From an uncultured Thermomicrobia bacterium (GTDB lineage Bacteria; Chloroflexota; Chloroflexia; Thermomicrobiales; JALYUS01): DNA of 64,000 nt. Made by a program: the position numbers and the translations under genes. The notes beneath the pieces are model-generated. The model was not told the origin of the DNA and ran no database searches. It saw only the letters and a list, made by a program, of their open reading frames with translations. The stretch is taken from assembly GCA_937968015.1 (NCBI GenBank), contig CALBSO010000015.1:14201-78200 (forward strand). The letters are read 5' to 3'. Positions 55,132-63,604 of the stretch are shown piece after piece. The stretch's first letter is position 1; every line of letters begins with the position of its first letter.

Positions 55132-56058
55132 ATGGTCGTTGTTGCGGACGAACTCACCCAAACACCCTCCGGCCTGACGGACGCCTTCGTGGCGATGGCC
55201 GAGCAGTTGCGCCGTGCGACGGTGCAGGTGCGTGGTCGGCGGGAGCGGGAGCCCTCTGGGCAGTATGGGCAGCAAGGTGGCGGCTCCGGTGTCATCTGGC
55301 AACCGGACGGCCTGATTATCACCAATGCGCATGTGGCGCGCGGCCCGCACGCGACGGTCGAACTCGCGGATGGCCGGAGGTTCGCGGCGACCGTCACCGC
55401 GCGGGATGAACGGCGCGATCTTGCGGCCCTGAAAGTGGACGCAGCCGATCTCCCCGCCGCGACGATCGGGGATTCCGACACGCTCCGCGTCGGGTCACTC
55501 GTCCTCGCGGTCGGCAATCCGCTTGGGTTGACGGGCGCGCTGACGACAGGTGTCGTCCATGCGGCGGCGACACCGGATGGGCCGCGCGGCCACGGCTGGG
55601 TACGGGCGGATGTCCGGCTCGCGCCCGGCAACTCCGGTGGCCCGCTGGCGGACGCCGAGGGGCGGGTAATCGGCATCAACAGCATGATTGCGGGCGGCCT
55701 CGCCCTCGCCGTGCCGAGCAACGCGGTCGAACGCTTCCTGCGCGGCTCGGCGGCGCGCCCCGCACTCGGCGTGACGATGCGGCCGGTCCGCCTCCCACTC
55801 GACGGCAAGATCGTCTTCGGCCTGCTGATTATGGACGTAGCGGTGGGCAGCCCGGCGGAAACGGTGGGTCTGCTCACCGGCGATGTCCTGATCGGCACGG
55901 GCGGTGCGCTCTTCACGCGGCCCGATACCCTGATGCAGGTGCTCTCCGGCCTCGCACTGGGCGCCATGCTCCGGCTCGACATCGTGCGAGGAGGGCGACG
56001 CATCGCGATTGACGCGCGGATCGGCACGGCAGAAAGCGACGAGGCGCAAGCGGCGTGA
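55132..56058 (+). CDS. S1C (HtrA-like) serine protease with PDZ domain, no signal peptide
   Basis: ITNAHV, RRDLAALKV, GNSGGPLADAEGRVIGINS, PDZ-like GSPAETVGLLTGDVLIG. Begins 5 nt after the previous stop. Confidence 0.88.
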   Translation: MVVVADELTQTPSGLTDAFVAMAEQLRRATVQVRGRREREPSGQYGQQGGGSGVIWQPDGLIITNAHVARGPHATVELADGRRFAATVTARDERRDLAALKVDAADLPAATIGDSDTLRVGSLVLAVGNPLGLTGALTTGVVHAAATPDGPRGHGWVRADVRLAPGNSGGPLADAEGRVIGINSMIAGGLALAVPSNAVERFLRGSAARPALGVTMRPVRLPLDGKIVFGLLIMDVAVGSPAETVGLLTGDVLIGTGGALFTRPDTLMQVLSGLALGAMLRLDIVRGGRRIAIDARIGTAESDEAQAA

Positions 56059-56699
56059 CGCGGGTGCTGGTCGCCGCGCCATCGGCGGTCGTGCGGGCGG
56101 GGTTGGAGGCATTGGTTGCCTCCAACCCCCACCTCGCCGTGGTCGGCCAGGTCGCCAGTATCGAGGCGGCAGCGCGGGCGAGCGAGACACTCCTACCGGA
56201 TGTCGTGCTTATCGAACACGAGTGGGACGACGAACTGCTCGTGCCGGGCCTGCTTGCTCTCAGCGCGGGCGGCCACGTCCCGGCTGTCGTCGTGCTGACG
56301 GAGAATCCCTCAGCGCTCTGGGTGGCGGTCGCCCTCCGCTCGCGCGTCCGGGCAGTTTTACCGCGCGAGGCGACGGCAGCGGAGATTATCGCGGCGGTGG
56401 AGGGGGCGGCAGCGGGGCTTGTCGTCCTCCACCCCGATACTGCCGAGGCGGCGCTCGCCTCGCTGTCGTCTGTGCAGACAGCGGCGGCGGATGCCCCGGT
56501 GCAGGTGCTCACGCCGCGCGAAATCGAGGTGCTGCACATGCTGGCGGAGGGATTGGGGAACAAGACGGTGGCGCGGCGGCTCGGCATCTCCGAGCACACC
56601 GTCAAGTTCCACGTCGGCTCAATCTTCTCCAAATTGAACGTCTCCAGCCGCACCGAGGCGGTCACCGTCGGCGTGCGGCAGGGGTTGGTGATGCTCTGA
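56055..56699 (+). CDS. LuxR/NarL-family regulator with a degenerate (pseudo-)receiver domain
   Basis: GTGA overlap with the protease stop. C-terminal LTPREIEVLHMLAEGLGNKTVARRLGISEHTVKFHVGSIFSKLNV. In the receiver, the DD position reads AA(PS), the phospho-Asp position reads E (VVLIEHEW), and the K position reads P/R (AVLPRE). Confidence 0.85.
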   Translation: MTRVLVAAPSAVVRAGLEALVASNPHLAVVGQVASIEAAARASETLLPDVVLIEHEWDDELLVPGLLALSAGGHVPAVVVLTENPSALWVAVALRSRVRAVLPREATAAEIIAAVEGAAAGLVVLHPDTAEAALASLSSVQTAAADAPVQVLTPREIEVLHMLAEGLGNKTVARRLGISEHTVKFHVGSIFSKLNVSSRTEAVTVGVRQGLVML

Positions 56700-56709
56700 G
56701 CAGTAACGA

Positions 56710-56766
56710 GTACTGAGTGCTGAGTATGGGATCGTCGCTCGTTGCTTTATACTCAGCACTCAGCAC
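56710..56766. repeat. Heptamer-built hairpin (ACTGAGT/GCTGAGT type), 18-bp stem with 1 mismatch
   Basis: GTACTGAGTGCTGAGTAT ... ATACTCAGCACTCAGCAC with a 21-nt loop. Lies between the LuxR stop (56699) and the TMEM175-like start (56790). Confidence 0.8.
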
Positions 56767-56789
56767 GCAGCACTTCAGAAAGGCCAGGA

Positions 56790-57443
56790 ATGCGCACCGA
56801 AGGACAAGAACGCATTGGCGAAGAGAAAGAGACCGGGCGGCTTGAGGCGTTCAGTGACGGCGTCTTCGCGATTGCGGTGACGCTGCTTGTGCTCGAATTG
56901 CGCGCCCCACTGCCGGGGACGCTCCACGAGGGCGAAAGTTTGCTCCATGCGCTCCTGCACGCGTGGCCTTCCTATCTCGCCTTCGTGACCAGCTTTGTAA
57001 CGGTACTGATTGTGTGGATCAACCACCACAATCTTTTCAAGATGATTCATCGCGCCGACCATAATTTCCTGCTCCTCAACGGGTCCCTCCTTCTTGTCGT
57101 CACCTTCATCCCCTTCCCGACCAATGTGCTCGCGGAGTATATCCGGGAGCCTGATGCGCGCACGGCAGCGATCTTCTACAGCGGCACCTTCCTCGCGATG
57201 GCCGTTGCCTTCAACTTCGTCTGGCGCTACGCGGCGCACGACGGGCGGCTCCTCGCGCGCGATGCGGACGAGCGACTGATCCGCATCATCAACAAGCAAT
57301 TCCAGATCGGTCCCCTGACCTATGTCCTCTGCGTCGTGGGCGCCGTCATCAATGCGGTCGCCGGGTTCGTGCTCGTCACTGCGCTTGCGGTCTACTGGGC
57401 CTTGCCGGAGCATGTGCGGCCGGGGCCGGGGCGGGGCGAATAG
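56790..57443 (+). CDS. TMEM175/DUF1211-family potassium channel homolog
   Basis: GRLEAFSDGVFAIAVTLLVLEL signature in TM1, plus about 6 hydrophobic helices. Confidence 0.85.
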   Translation: MRTEGQERIGEEKETGRLEAFSDGVFAIAVTLLVLELRAPLPGTLHEGESLLHALLHAWPSYLAFVTSFVTVLIVWINHHNLFKMIHRADHNFLLLNGSLLLVVTFIPFPTNVLAEYIREPDARTAAIFYSGTFLAMAVAFNFVWRYAAHDGRLLARDADERLIRIINKQFQIGPLTYVLCVVGAVINAVAGFVLVTALAVYWALPEHVRPGPGRGE

Positions 57444-57609
57444 AATCGGGCGCGGCGGTGTTGCACAGGAGATGAGGACGCGCTCTGCCGGACTACACGC
57501 AATCAGGCTCCGAGGACTGCCGCGCACGATCGGCGCGGCGGCGCGGGTGTGGGGTATCATTGCTCGTATCCGGCTCGAACGGTTCATCAGAACCAAAGGG
57601 GCAGCAACC

Positions 57610-57930
57610 ATGAACGCACACGACACCATCCGCAACGAAGTCCTCAGTTGGCCCGGTGTAACGGAGGAACCGCACCGCTTCGGCGGCATGGAGTTCCGCC
57701 TCGGCAAGCGCGAACTCGGCCACCTGCACGGCGATTACCTCGCTGACCTGCCCTTCCCCGTCCGCGTGCGGGAGGAATTGGTGCGCGAGGGGAAGGCGAT
57801 GCCGCACCATATTCTGCCGCAGAGTGGCTGGGTCAGTTACCCGATCCGCGACGCAAGCGCGATCCCCGGCGCGCTCGATCTTTTCCGCCTCGCCTACGAG
57901 CGTGCGACGAAAGTAACGAGTAGCGAGTAG
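57610..57930 (+). CDS. Small luciferase-domain family protein (DUF5519-like)
   Basis: LSWPGVTEEPHRFGGMEFRLGKRELGHLHGDYLADLPFPVRVREELVREGKAMPHHILPQSGWVSY. Confidence 0.7.
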   Translation: MNAHDTIRNEVLSWPGVTEEPHRFGGMEFRLGKRELGHLHGDYLADLPFPVRVREELVREGKAMPHHILPQSGWVSYPIRDASAIPGALDLFRLAYERATKVTSSE

Positions 57931-57985
57931 CGAGTAACGAATGGGGTTGACATCTCTCGCTACTCATTACTCGTTACTCGTTACT
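57912..57985. repeat. Empty heptamer palindrome (AGTARCG x4 / CGYTACT x4), 29-nt arms, 16-nt loop
   Basis: Left arm 57912-57940 overlaps the upstream stop TAG 57928-57930. Loop is atggggttgacatctc. Right arm is 57957-57985. 25 Watson-Crick plus 2 G-U of 29 positions pair. Confidence 0.85.
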
Positions 57986-58008
57986 CACCACCTCCGAAGG
58001 AGTCGTGA

Positions 58009-59832
58009 TTGGCACAACGTCCGGGTAGTGGGCCAGGCGGAATGACGCCGCAGCCGGGGGGCGGGAAGGCGCTTCGGCGGGCCTTGTGGTACCTGCGTGC
58101 CTACTGGCGGGACGCACTCGGCGCGCTACTCGCCCTTATCATGGTCTCGGCGGCGAACCTCGTCACGCCGCAGATGATTCGCCTCGCGATTGACAGCGGC
58201 ATCGCGCACCACCGCCGGAACGCGGTGATTCTCGCCGTCATCGGGTTAGTCGCCGTCGCGGTGGTGCGCGGGCTGTTCAACTTCCTGCAAGGGTTCCTCG
58301 CCGAACGCGCCTCGCAGGGCGTCGCATATGACCTGCGCAATGCCCTCTTCGCGCAGATCGAACGGCTCAGTTTCAGTTACTACGACCGCGTCGAGGCCGG
58401 GCAACTGCTGACGCGCGTCACGAACGATGTCGAGCAAATCCGCGCCTTTGCGGGGAGTGGCGTCGTGCAACTGGCGTCGGCGTTCGTCATGCTGCTCGGG
58501 AGCACGGTGTTGCTGCTCCTGCTGAACTGGCAACTCGCCCTCGTCGCGCTGGCGACGATCCCGCCGCTCTTCGTCCTGCTCTTGCGCTTCGTGCGGCGGA
58601 TCGGCCCCTTGTTCGGGCAAGTGCAGCAGATTCTCGGGCGGCTGAATGGCGTCTTGCAGGAGGACCTCTCCGGCATGCGCGTCATCCGTGCCTTCTCACG
58701 CGAGGAGTACGAAACGGCACGCTATCGGGCAATCAACGACGAACTGCTGAGCAAGAACCTGGCGACGATCCGCGCCTTCTCGAACAATTTCCCCTTCATC
58801 TTCTTCTTTGCCAATCTCGGCACGCTGGCAGTCGTCTGGTTCGGCGGCTGGCAGGTGATCGGCGGCACGCTGACAGTCGGGTCGCTCGTCGCCTTCAATA
58901 CCTACCTCGGCTTCCTCTTGTTCCCGATCCTGACGATTGGCTTTCAGGCGGCGGGCATCTCTCGCGCCGGGGCGAGCGCGCTCCGGGTCTTCGATGTGCT
59001 CGATGCGCCGCTCGATCTCCACGACGCACCGGACGCCGTCCCACTCCCGCCAATTACCGGGCGGGTCGTCTTCGACGAGGTTCACTTCCGCTATCCGGGG
59101 AGTGAGCGGGAGATTCTGCGTGGCGTCAGTTTCGCAATCGAGCCGGGGCAGACGGTGGCGATCCTCGGCACGACGGGTTCGGGCAAGAGCACGCTGATGA
59201 ACCTTCTGCCCCGCTTCTACGATGGGACGAGCGGCGCGGTGACGGTGGATGGCCACGATGTGCGCCAGGTGACACTCGCCAGCCTGCGCGGCCAGATCGG
59301 CATCGTTCTGCAGGAAACGCTCCTGTTCAGCGGCTCGGTGCGGGACAATATCGCTTACGGCAGGCCGGATGCAACCCAGGAGGAGATCGAAGCGGCAGCA
59401 CAGGCCGCGCAGGCGGACGGCTTCATCCGTGCCCTGCCGCAGGGGTACGAGACGACTGTTGGCGAGCGTGGCGTCGGGTTGTCTGGTGGCCAGCGGCAGC
59501 GGATCGCCATCGCCCGCGCGCTGCTTGTGGACCCGCGCCTCTTGCTGCTCGACGATAGCACCTCCGCCGTGGATGCCGAAACCGAATCGCTCATTCAGGA
59601 GGCGCTCGACCGCCTGATGCGCGACAGTCGCCGTACCGCCCTCGTGATTGCTCAGCGTATCAGCACCGTGCGGGACGCCGACCGCATCCTCGTTCTCGAT
59701 GAAGGCAAAATCGCCGCGCAGGGCACCCACGCTGCACTGCTGCGCGACAGCCCGCTCTATAACGACATCCTCGGCTCCCAACTCATCCCCGATACCCGTG
59801 ATCCCGTCGTGGTAGGGGCGGAAACCCGATGA
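58009..59832 (+). CDS. ABC exporter, fused TMD-NBD half-transporter (subunit 1)
   Basis: GAAGGAG SD plus TTG 58009. Walker A GTTGSGKST, signature LSGGQRQRIAIARAL, Walker B LLLDDSTSAVD. Confidence 0.9.
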   Translation: MAQRPGSGPGGMTPQPGGGKALRRALWYLRAYWRDALGALLALIMVSAANLVTPQMIRLAIDSGIAHHRRNAVILAVIGLVAVAVVRGLFNFLQGFLAERASQGVAYDLRNALFAQIERLSFSYYDRVEAGQLLTRVTNDVEQIRAFAGSGVVQLASAFVMLLGSTVLLLLLNWQLALVALATIPPLFVLLLRFVRRIGPLFGQVQQILGRLNGVLQEDLSGMRVIRAFSREEYETARYRAINDELLSKNLATIRAFSNNFPFIFFFANLGTLAVVWFGGWQVIGGTLTVGSLVAFNTYLGFLLFPILTIGFQAAGISRAGASALRVFDVLDAPLDLHDAPDAVPLPPITGRVVFDEVHFRYPGSEREILRGVSFAIEPGQTVAILGTTGSGKSTLMNLLPRFYDGTSGAVTVDGHDVRQVTLASLRGQIGIVLQETLLFSGSVRDNIAYGRPDATQEEIEAAAQAAQADGFIRALPQGYETTVGERGVGLSGGQRQRIAIARALLVDPRLLLLDDSTSAVDAETESLIQEALDRLMRDSRRTALVIAQRISTVRDADRILVLDEGKIAAQGTHAALLRDSPLYNDILGSQLIPDTRDPVVVGAETR

Positions 59833-59834
59833 AC

Positions 59835-59947
59835 CACAGAGACACAGAGAGCACAGAGAGATCAAGAGAAGAAATGGATAGAGATGAAACAAGGTGTCAT
59901 TCCCTTTTTCTCCTCCTTCCTCCTCTGTGTTCTCTATGTCTCTGTGG
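59835..59947. repeat. Long GA-rich/CT-rich palindrome, copy 2 (related to 7328-7437)
   Basis: CCACAGAGACACAGAGAGCACAGAG pairs with CTCTGTGTTCTCTATGTCTCTGTGG with 2 mismatches. Lies between the two ABC half-transporter genes. Confidence 0.8.
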
Positions 59948-59968
59948 GTATATCCGGGAGATTGACAC

Positions 59969-61804
59969 ATGGCGCAGGTGATGCGGGTAGCGGCGGAGAC
60001 GGCGGAGGAGCGGGCGCGACATCGGGGGGCAACGGCGCGGCGGCTCGTGGGGGAAGTGGCGCCGTATCGGGCGCGCATCCTGATTGGCTTCGGCTTCATC
60101 GTCGTCGGGGCGGCAGCGCAGGCGGCGGGGCCGTTCCTGATCGGGCGGGCGATTGACCACGCCATTCTGCGCGGTGACCGGCCGGGACTGACGCGGATCA
60201 TGCTCGCCCTGCTCGCGGTCTACGCCGTTGGGGCGCTGGCGTCACGCATGCAGGTTTGGCAGGTCGGTGCGATCGGGCAGCACGTCCTCGCGTCGCTGCG
60301 CGCCCGGCTCTTCGACCGGTTCCAGCGCCTGCCGCTCGACTACTACGACCGCCGCCCGGTCGGCGACCTGATGAGCCGCGTCATCAACGATGTGGACACG
60401 CTGAACCAGTTGCTCTCGCAGGGCTTGGTGCAACTCTTAGGCTCGCTCTTCAGCCTGATCGGCATCCTGATCGCGATGCTGGCGCTCGATCTGCCGCTCG
60501 CGCTCGTCAGTTTCCTCCTCATCCCCGTCATGCTGCTCGTGACGACCTCCTTCGCGCGCCGGGCCCGCAAAGCGTTCCGCGCGACGCGAGAGACCGTCGG
60601 CGATGTGACGGCCGAGTTGCAGGAAGAGATCACCGGCGTGCGGGAGGCGCAGGCATTCAACCGCACCGAGGAGAATATCGAGCGGTTCCGCAAGCGCAAT
60701 GCCGCCAACCGCACCGCGAATGTCCAGGCGGTCGCGATCACCTCCGCCTTCTCGCCGACGATTGATGTGCTGAGCACGCTGGCCACCGCGCTCGTGATCG
60801 GCTACGGCGGCTACCTCGTCTTTCACAATGCGCTGACCGTCGGCGTGCTGGCGGCCTTCCTGATCTATGTGCAGCAATTCTTTCGCCCGATCCAGTTGGC
60901 CTCACAGGTCTACACGCAGTTGCAGGCGGCGCTGGCAGGCGGTGAGCGGATTTACGCCATCCTCGATGAGGAGCCGGAACCCGCCGACCCGCCCGGCACA
61001 TCCACCCTCGGACACGTCGCGGGGGAGATTGCCTTCGAGGGTGTTACCTTCGCCTACAACCTCGGCAGCCCGGTGCTGCACGATGTCTCGTTCCGGATCG
61101 CGGCGGGGCAGACGGTCGCCTTGGTCGGGCAGACGGGGGCGGGCAAGACGACGATCGCCAACCTCATCCCCCGCTTCTACGATGTGACGAGCGGTGCGGT
61201 AACGGTGGACGGGCAGGATGTGCGCCAGGTGACGCGGCAGAGTTTGCGGCGGCAGATCGCCATCGTCTTGCAGGAGCCGTTCCTGTTCAGCGGCACGATT
61301 GCCGAGAACATTCGCTACGGCAATCTCGACGCGACGCGGGAGCAGATCGAGGCGGCGGCGCAGGCGGTGGACGCGCACGCCTTCATCGCTGCCCTGCCTG
61401 ACGGATACGACACCGTGCTCGGCGCGGGCGGTGGGACGCTCAGTCAGGGGCAGCGGCAACTCCTCGCCTTCGCCCGCGCCATTCTCGCGGAGCCACGCAT
61501 CCTCATCCTCGATGAGGCGACGAGCAATATTGACACACGCACCGAGGCAACGATCCAGCGCGCCCTCGGCACATTACTCGCGGGCCGGACGAGCATCGTC
61601 ATCGCCCATCGCCTCAGCACGATCAGGGGCGCCGACCTCATCCTCGTCGTTGAGGGTGGCGAGATCGTCGAACGTGGCACGCACGACGAATTGATGGGCC
61701 AGAATGGCCGGTATGCGGACCTCTCGCGGCGTCAGTTCCGGGATGTGGCGGTGGTATCCCCCCTCCCCCGTGCGCGGGCGAGCGGGCGCCCTCTGGGCAG
61801 TTAG
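59969..61804 (+). CDS. ABC exporter, fused TMD-NBD half-transporter (subunit 2)
   Basis: Walker A GQTGAGKTT, signature LSQGQRQLLAFARAI, Walker B LILDEATSNID. Confidence 0.9.
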   Translation: MAQVMRVAAETAEERARHRGATARRLVGEVAPYRARILIGFGFIVVGAAAQAAGPFLIGRAIDHAILRGDRPGLTRIMLALLAVYAVGALASRMQVWQVGAIGQHVLASLRARLFDRFQRLPLDYYDRRPVGDLMSRVINDVDTLNQLLSQGLVQLLGSLFSLIGILIAMLALDLPLALVSFLLIPVMLLVTTSFARRARKAFRATRETVGDVTAELQEEITGVREAQAFNRTEENIERFRKRNAANRTANVQAVAITSAFSPTIDVLSTLATALVIGYGGYLVFHNALTVGVLAAFLIYVQQFFRPIQLASQVYTQLQAALAGGERIYAILDEEPEPADPPGTSTLGHVAGEIAFEGVTFAYNLGSPVLHDVSFRIAAGQTVALVGQTGAGKTTIANLIPRFYDVTSGAVTVDGQDVRQVTRQSLRRQIAIVLQEPFLFSGTIAENIRYGNLDATREQIEAAAQAVDAHAFIAALPDGYDTVLGAGGGTLSQGQRQLLAFARAILAEPRILILDEATSNIDTRTEATIQRALGTLLAGRTSIVIAHRLSTIRGADLILVVEGGEIVERGTHDELMGQNGRYADLSRRQFRDVAVVSPLPRARASGRPLGS

Positions 61805-61818
61805 GGGAGGGAGAATCC

Positions 61819-63015
61819 ATGACGATTTACGGCACGCTCGGCGTCCGCACGGTGATCAATGTGGCGGGACCGGTGACGCGATTGAGCGGTGCGCCGCTCC
61901 ACCCTGATGTCGCGGCGGCAATGGCGGAGGCGGCGCAGTATTGCGTGCGCATCGAGGATGTGCAAGAGGCGGCGGGGCGGGAACTCGCCGAGGCGACGGG
62001 CGCCGAAGCGGGCTACGTGACGGCCGGGGCGGCAGCCGGACTGGCGATCGGGGTGGCGGCGTGCATCGCGGGGCTCGATGTCGCGGTGATGGATCGCCTA
62101 CCGGACACCACCGGCTTGCGCAACGAGATCGTTATCCAGCGGCCACACCTGACCGCGTACACGCACGCGCTACGCCTCGCGGGGGCACGGCTGGTGGAAG
62201 TGGGCTATCTCGGTTTTCCGGGGCAGGGCATCACCTGGCCGTGGCAAGTCGAGGCAGCGATCACCGAGCGGACGGCGGCACTCGCCTACTCCTTCGGCAG
62301 CGCGCCCGGCGTTGTGCCGCTGACGGCGGTCGTCGCCATCGCGCACCGGCACGGGCTGCCCGTCATCGTGGATGCCGCCGCCGCCTTGCCGCCCGTCGAG
62401 AACCTGCGCGCCCTGATTGCCACCGGGGCGGACCTCGTCGCCTTCAGCGGCGGCAAGGCAATTGGCGGGCCGCAGGCATCAGGCATCCTCGTCGGGCGGG
62501 CGGAATTGATCGAGTCGGTCGCCTTACAACATCAGGACATGGATGTGTATCCGGAGACGTGGACGTGGCGGACCCGCTACCTCGAATCCGGCGTGCTCCC
62601 CGGCCCGCCGCATCATGGCCTCGGGCGGCCGATGAAGGTCGGCAAGGAGGAGATCGTCGGGTTGGTCGTCGCGCTCCGCCGTTTCCTTGCCCGGGATCAC
62701 GCCGCCGAGCGCGTGGAGCAGGAGCGCCGCCTCGCCACGATCCTCGCCGCCGTGGACGGGCTGCGAGGCGTCCGTGTGGAGCAGTTGGGGGAGCGGGACG
62801 CGCCCCGCGCCTACCCGACCGGCGTGATCCGCATTGACGAAGCAATCATCGAGAAGTCCGTCGCGGCGATCGTGAACGAACTGATCGAGGGCGACCCGCC
62901 GGTTGCTGTCACACAGAACTTCCTCCACGAGCGGGCCATCGGCATCGTTACGGCGCTGCTCAAGCCGGGTGAAGAGATGATCGTCGCGGAGCGGCTGCGA
63001 GCGGTGCTGGGGTGA
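61819..63015 (+). CDS. SelA-related PLP-dependent enzyme (L-seryl-tRNA selenium transferase-like family)
   Basis: VINVAGPVTRLSGAPL start. FSGGKAIGGPQASGILVG is the Lys-PLP motif analogous to SelA FSGDKLLGGPQ. Confidence 0.7.
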   Translation: MTIYGTLGVRTVINVAGPVTRLSGAPLHPDVAAAMAEAAQYCVRIEDVQEAAGRELAEATGAEAGYVTAGAAAGLAIGVAACIAGLDVAVMDRLPDTTGLRNEIVIQRPHLTAYTHALRLAGARLVEVGYLGFPGQGITWPWQVEAAITERTAALAYSFGSAPGVVPLTAVVAIAHRHGLPVIVDAAAALPPVENLRALIATGADLVAFSGGKAIGGPQASGILVGRAELIESVALQHQDMDVYPETWTWRTRYLESGVLPGPPHHGLGRPMKVGKEEIVGLVVALRRFLARDHAAERVEQERRLATILAAVDGLRGVRVEQLGERDAPRAYPTGVIRIDEAIIEKSVAAIVNELIEGDPPVAVTQNFLHERAIGIVTALLKPGEEMIVAERLRAVLG

Positions 63016-63018
63016 CGC

Positions 63019-63081
63019 CCCCTCCCCGCATGGTATCATCCACGCCATGGACGACGGAGCGATAGACGATACGGGGAGGGG
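63019..63081 (+). promoter_or_regulatory. Intercistronic hairpin pairing the post-stop region with the downstream SD
   Basis: CCCCTCCCCG (63019-63028) is the perfect complement of CGGGGAGGGG (63072-63081). The latter is the SD 6 nt before ATG 63088. Confidence 0.55.
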
Positions 63082-63087
63082 CAAGCA

Positions 63088-63537
63088 ATGCAGTGGGTGA
63101 CGCGCGTCGGGGTGCGGCTGGACCGGGCTTCGATGATCTGGATGATCCGCAAATTCATTGACCCGCAGGCCGAGATCGCCATGCTGCCGGAGAACGAGGT
63201 GATGGCCTACGCGGAGCAGCACGGCGCGACGCCCTTCCACCACCCACAGGCGGCGATCCGCCATCAGGGATCGCGTACCGGCTTCGATGGCTTGCGCGTT
63301 GCGTACGATCTGACGGATCCGGCCATCGCCCTGATGTCTCTGGTGCTGCGCGGCGCGGAGACGAGCGACAAAGCCCTGACGCAGTGGTCGCCGGGCCTCG
63401 CGGCGGTCACCTCCGGCATGCGCAAGGTGGCGGAGTCGGACGAGGTGTATCTCACCGCCGTCACGCCGCTCCTCGATGGCCTCTACCAGTGGTGTCAGGA
63501 CCAACTCGCCAATCCGGGCAAAGCGCGAGAACAGTAG
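63088..63537 (+). CDS. ChrB C-terminal domain-containing protein (chromate resistance-associated family)
   Basis: MQWVTRVGVRLDRASMIWMIRKFIDPQAEI resembles the conserved ChrB_C N-terminal motif. Confidence 0.65.
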   Translation: MQWVTRVGVRLDRASMIWMIRKFIDPQAEIAMLPENEVMAYAEQHGATPFHHPQAAIRHQGSRTGFDGLRVAYDLTDPAIALMSLVLRGAETSDKALTQWSPGLAAVTSGMRKVAESDEVYLTAVTPLLDGLYQWCQDQLANPGKAREQ

Positions 63538-63604
63538 AGGCGGAGACAGTAGAGGAAATCTACGCCGTCCGGAGGGGTTCGTCGGCTATGCCCGAACGCG
63601 ATGA

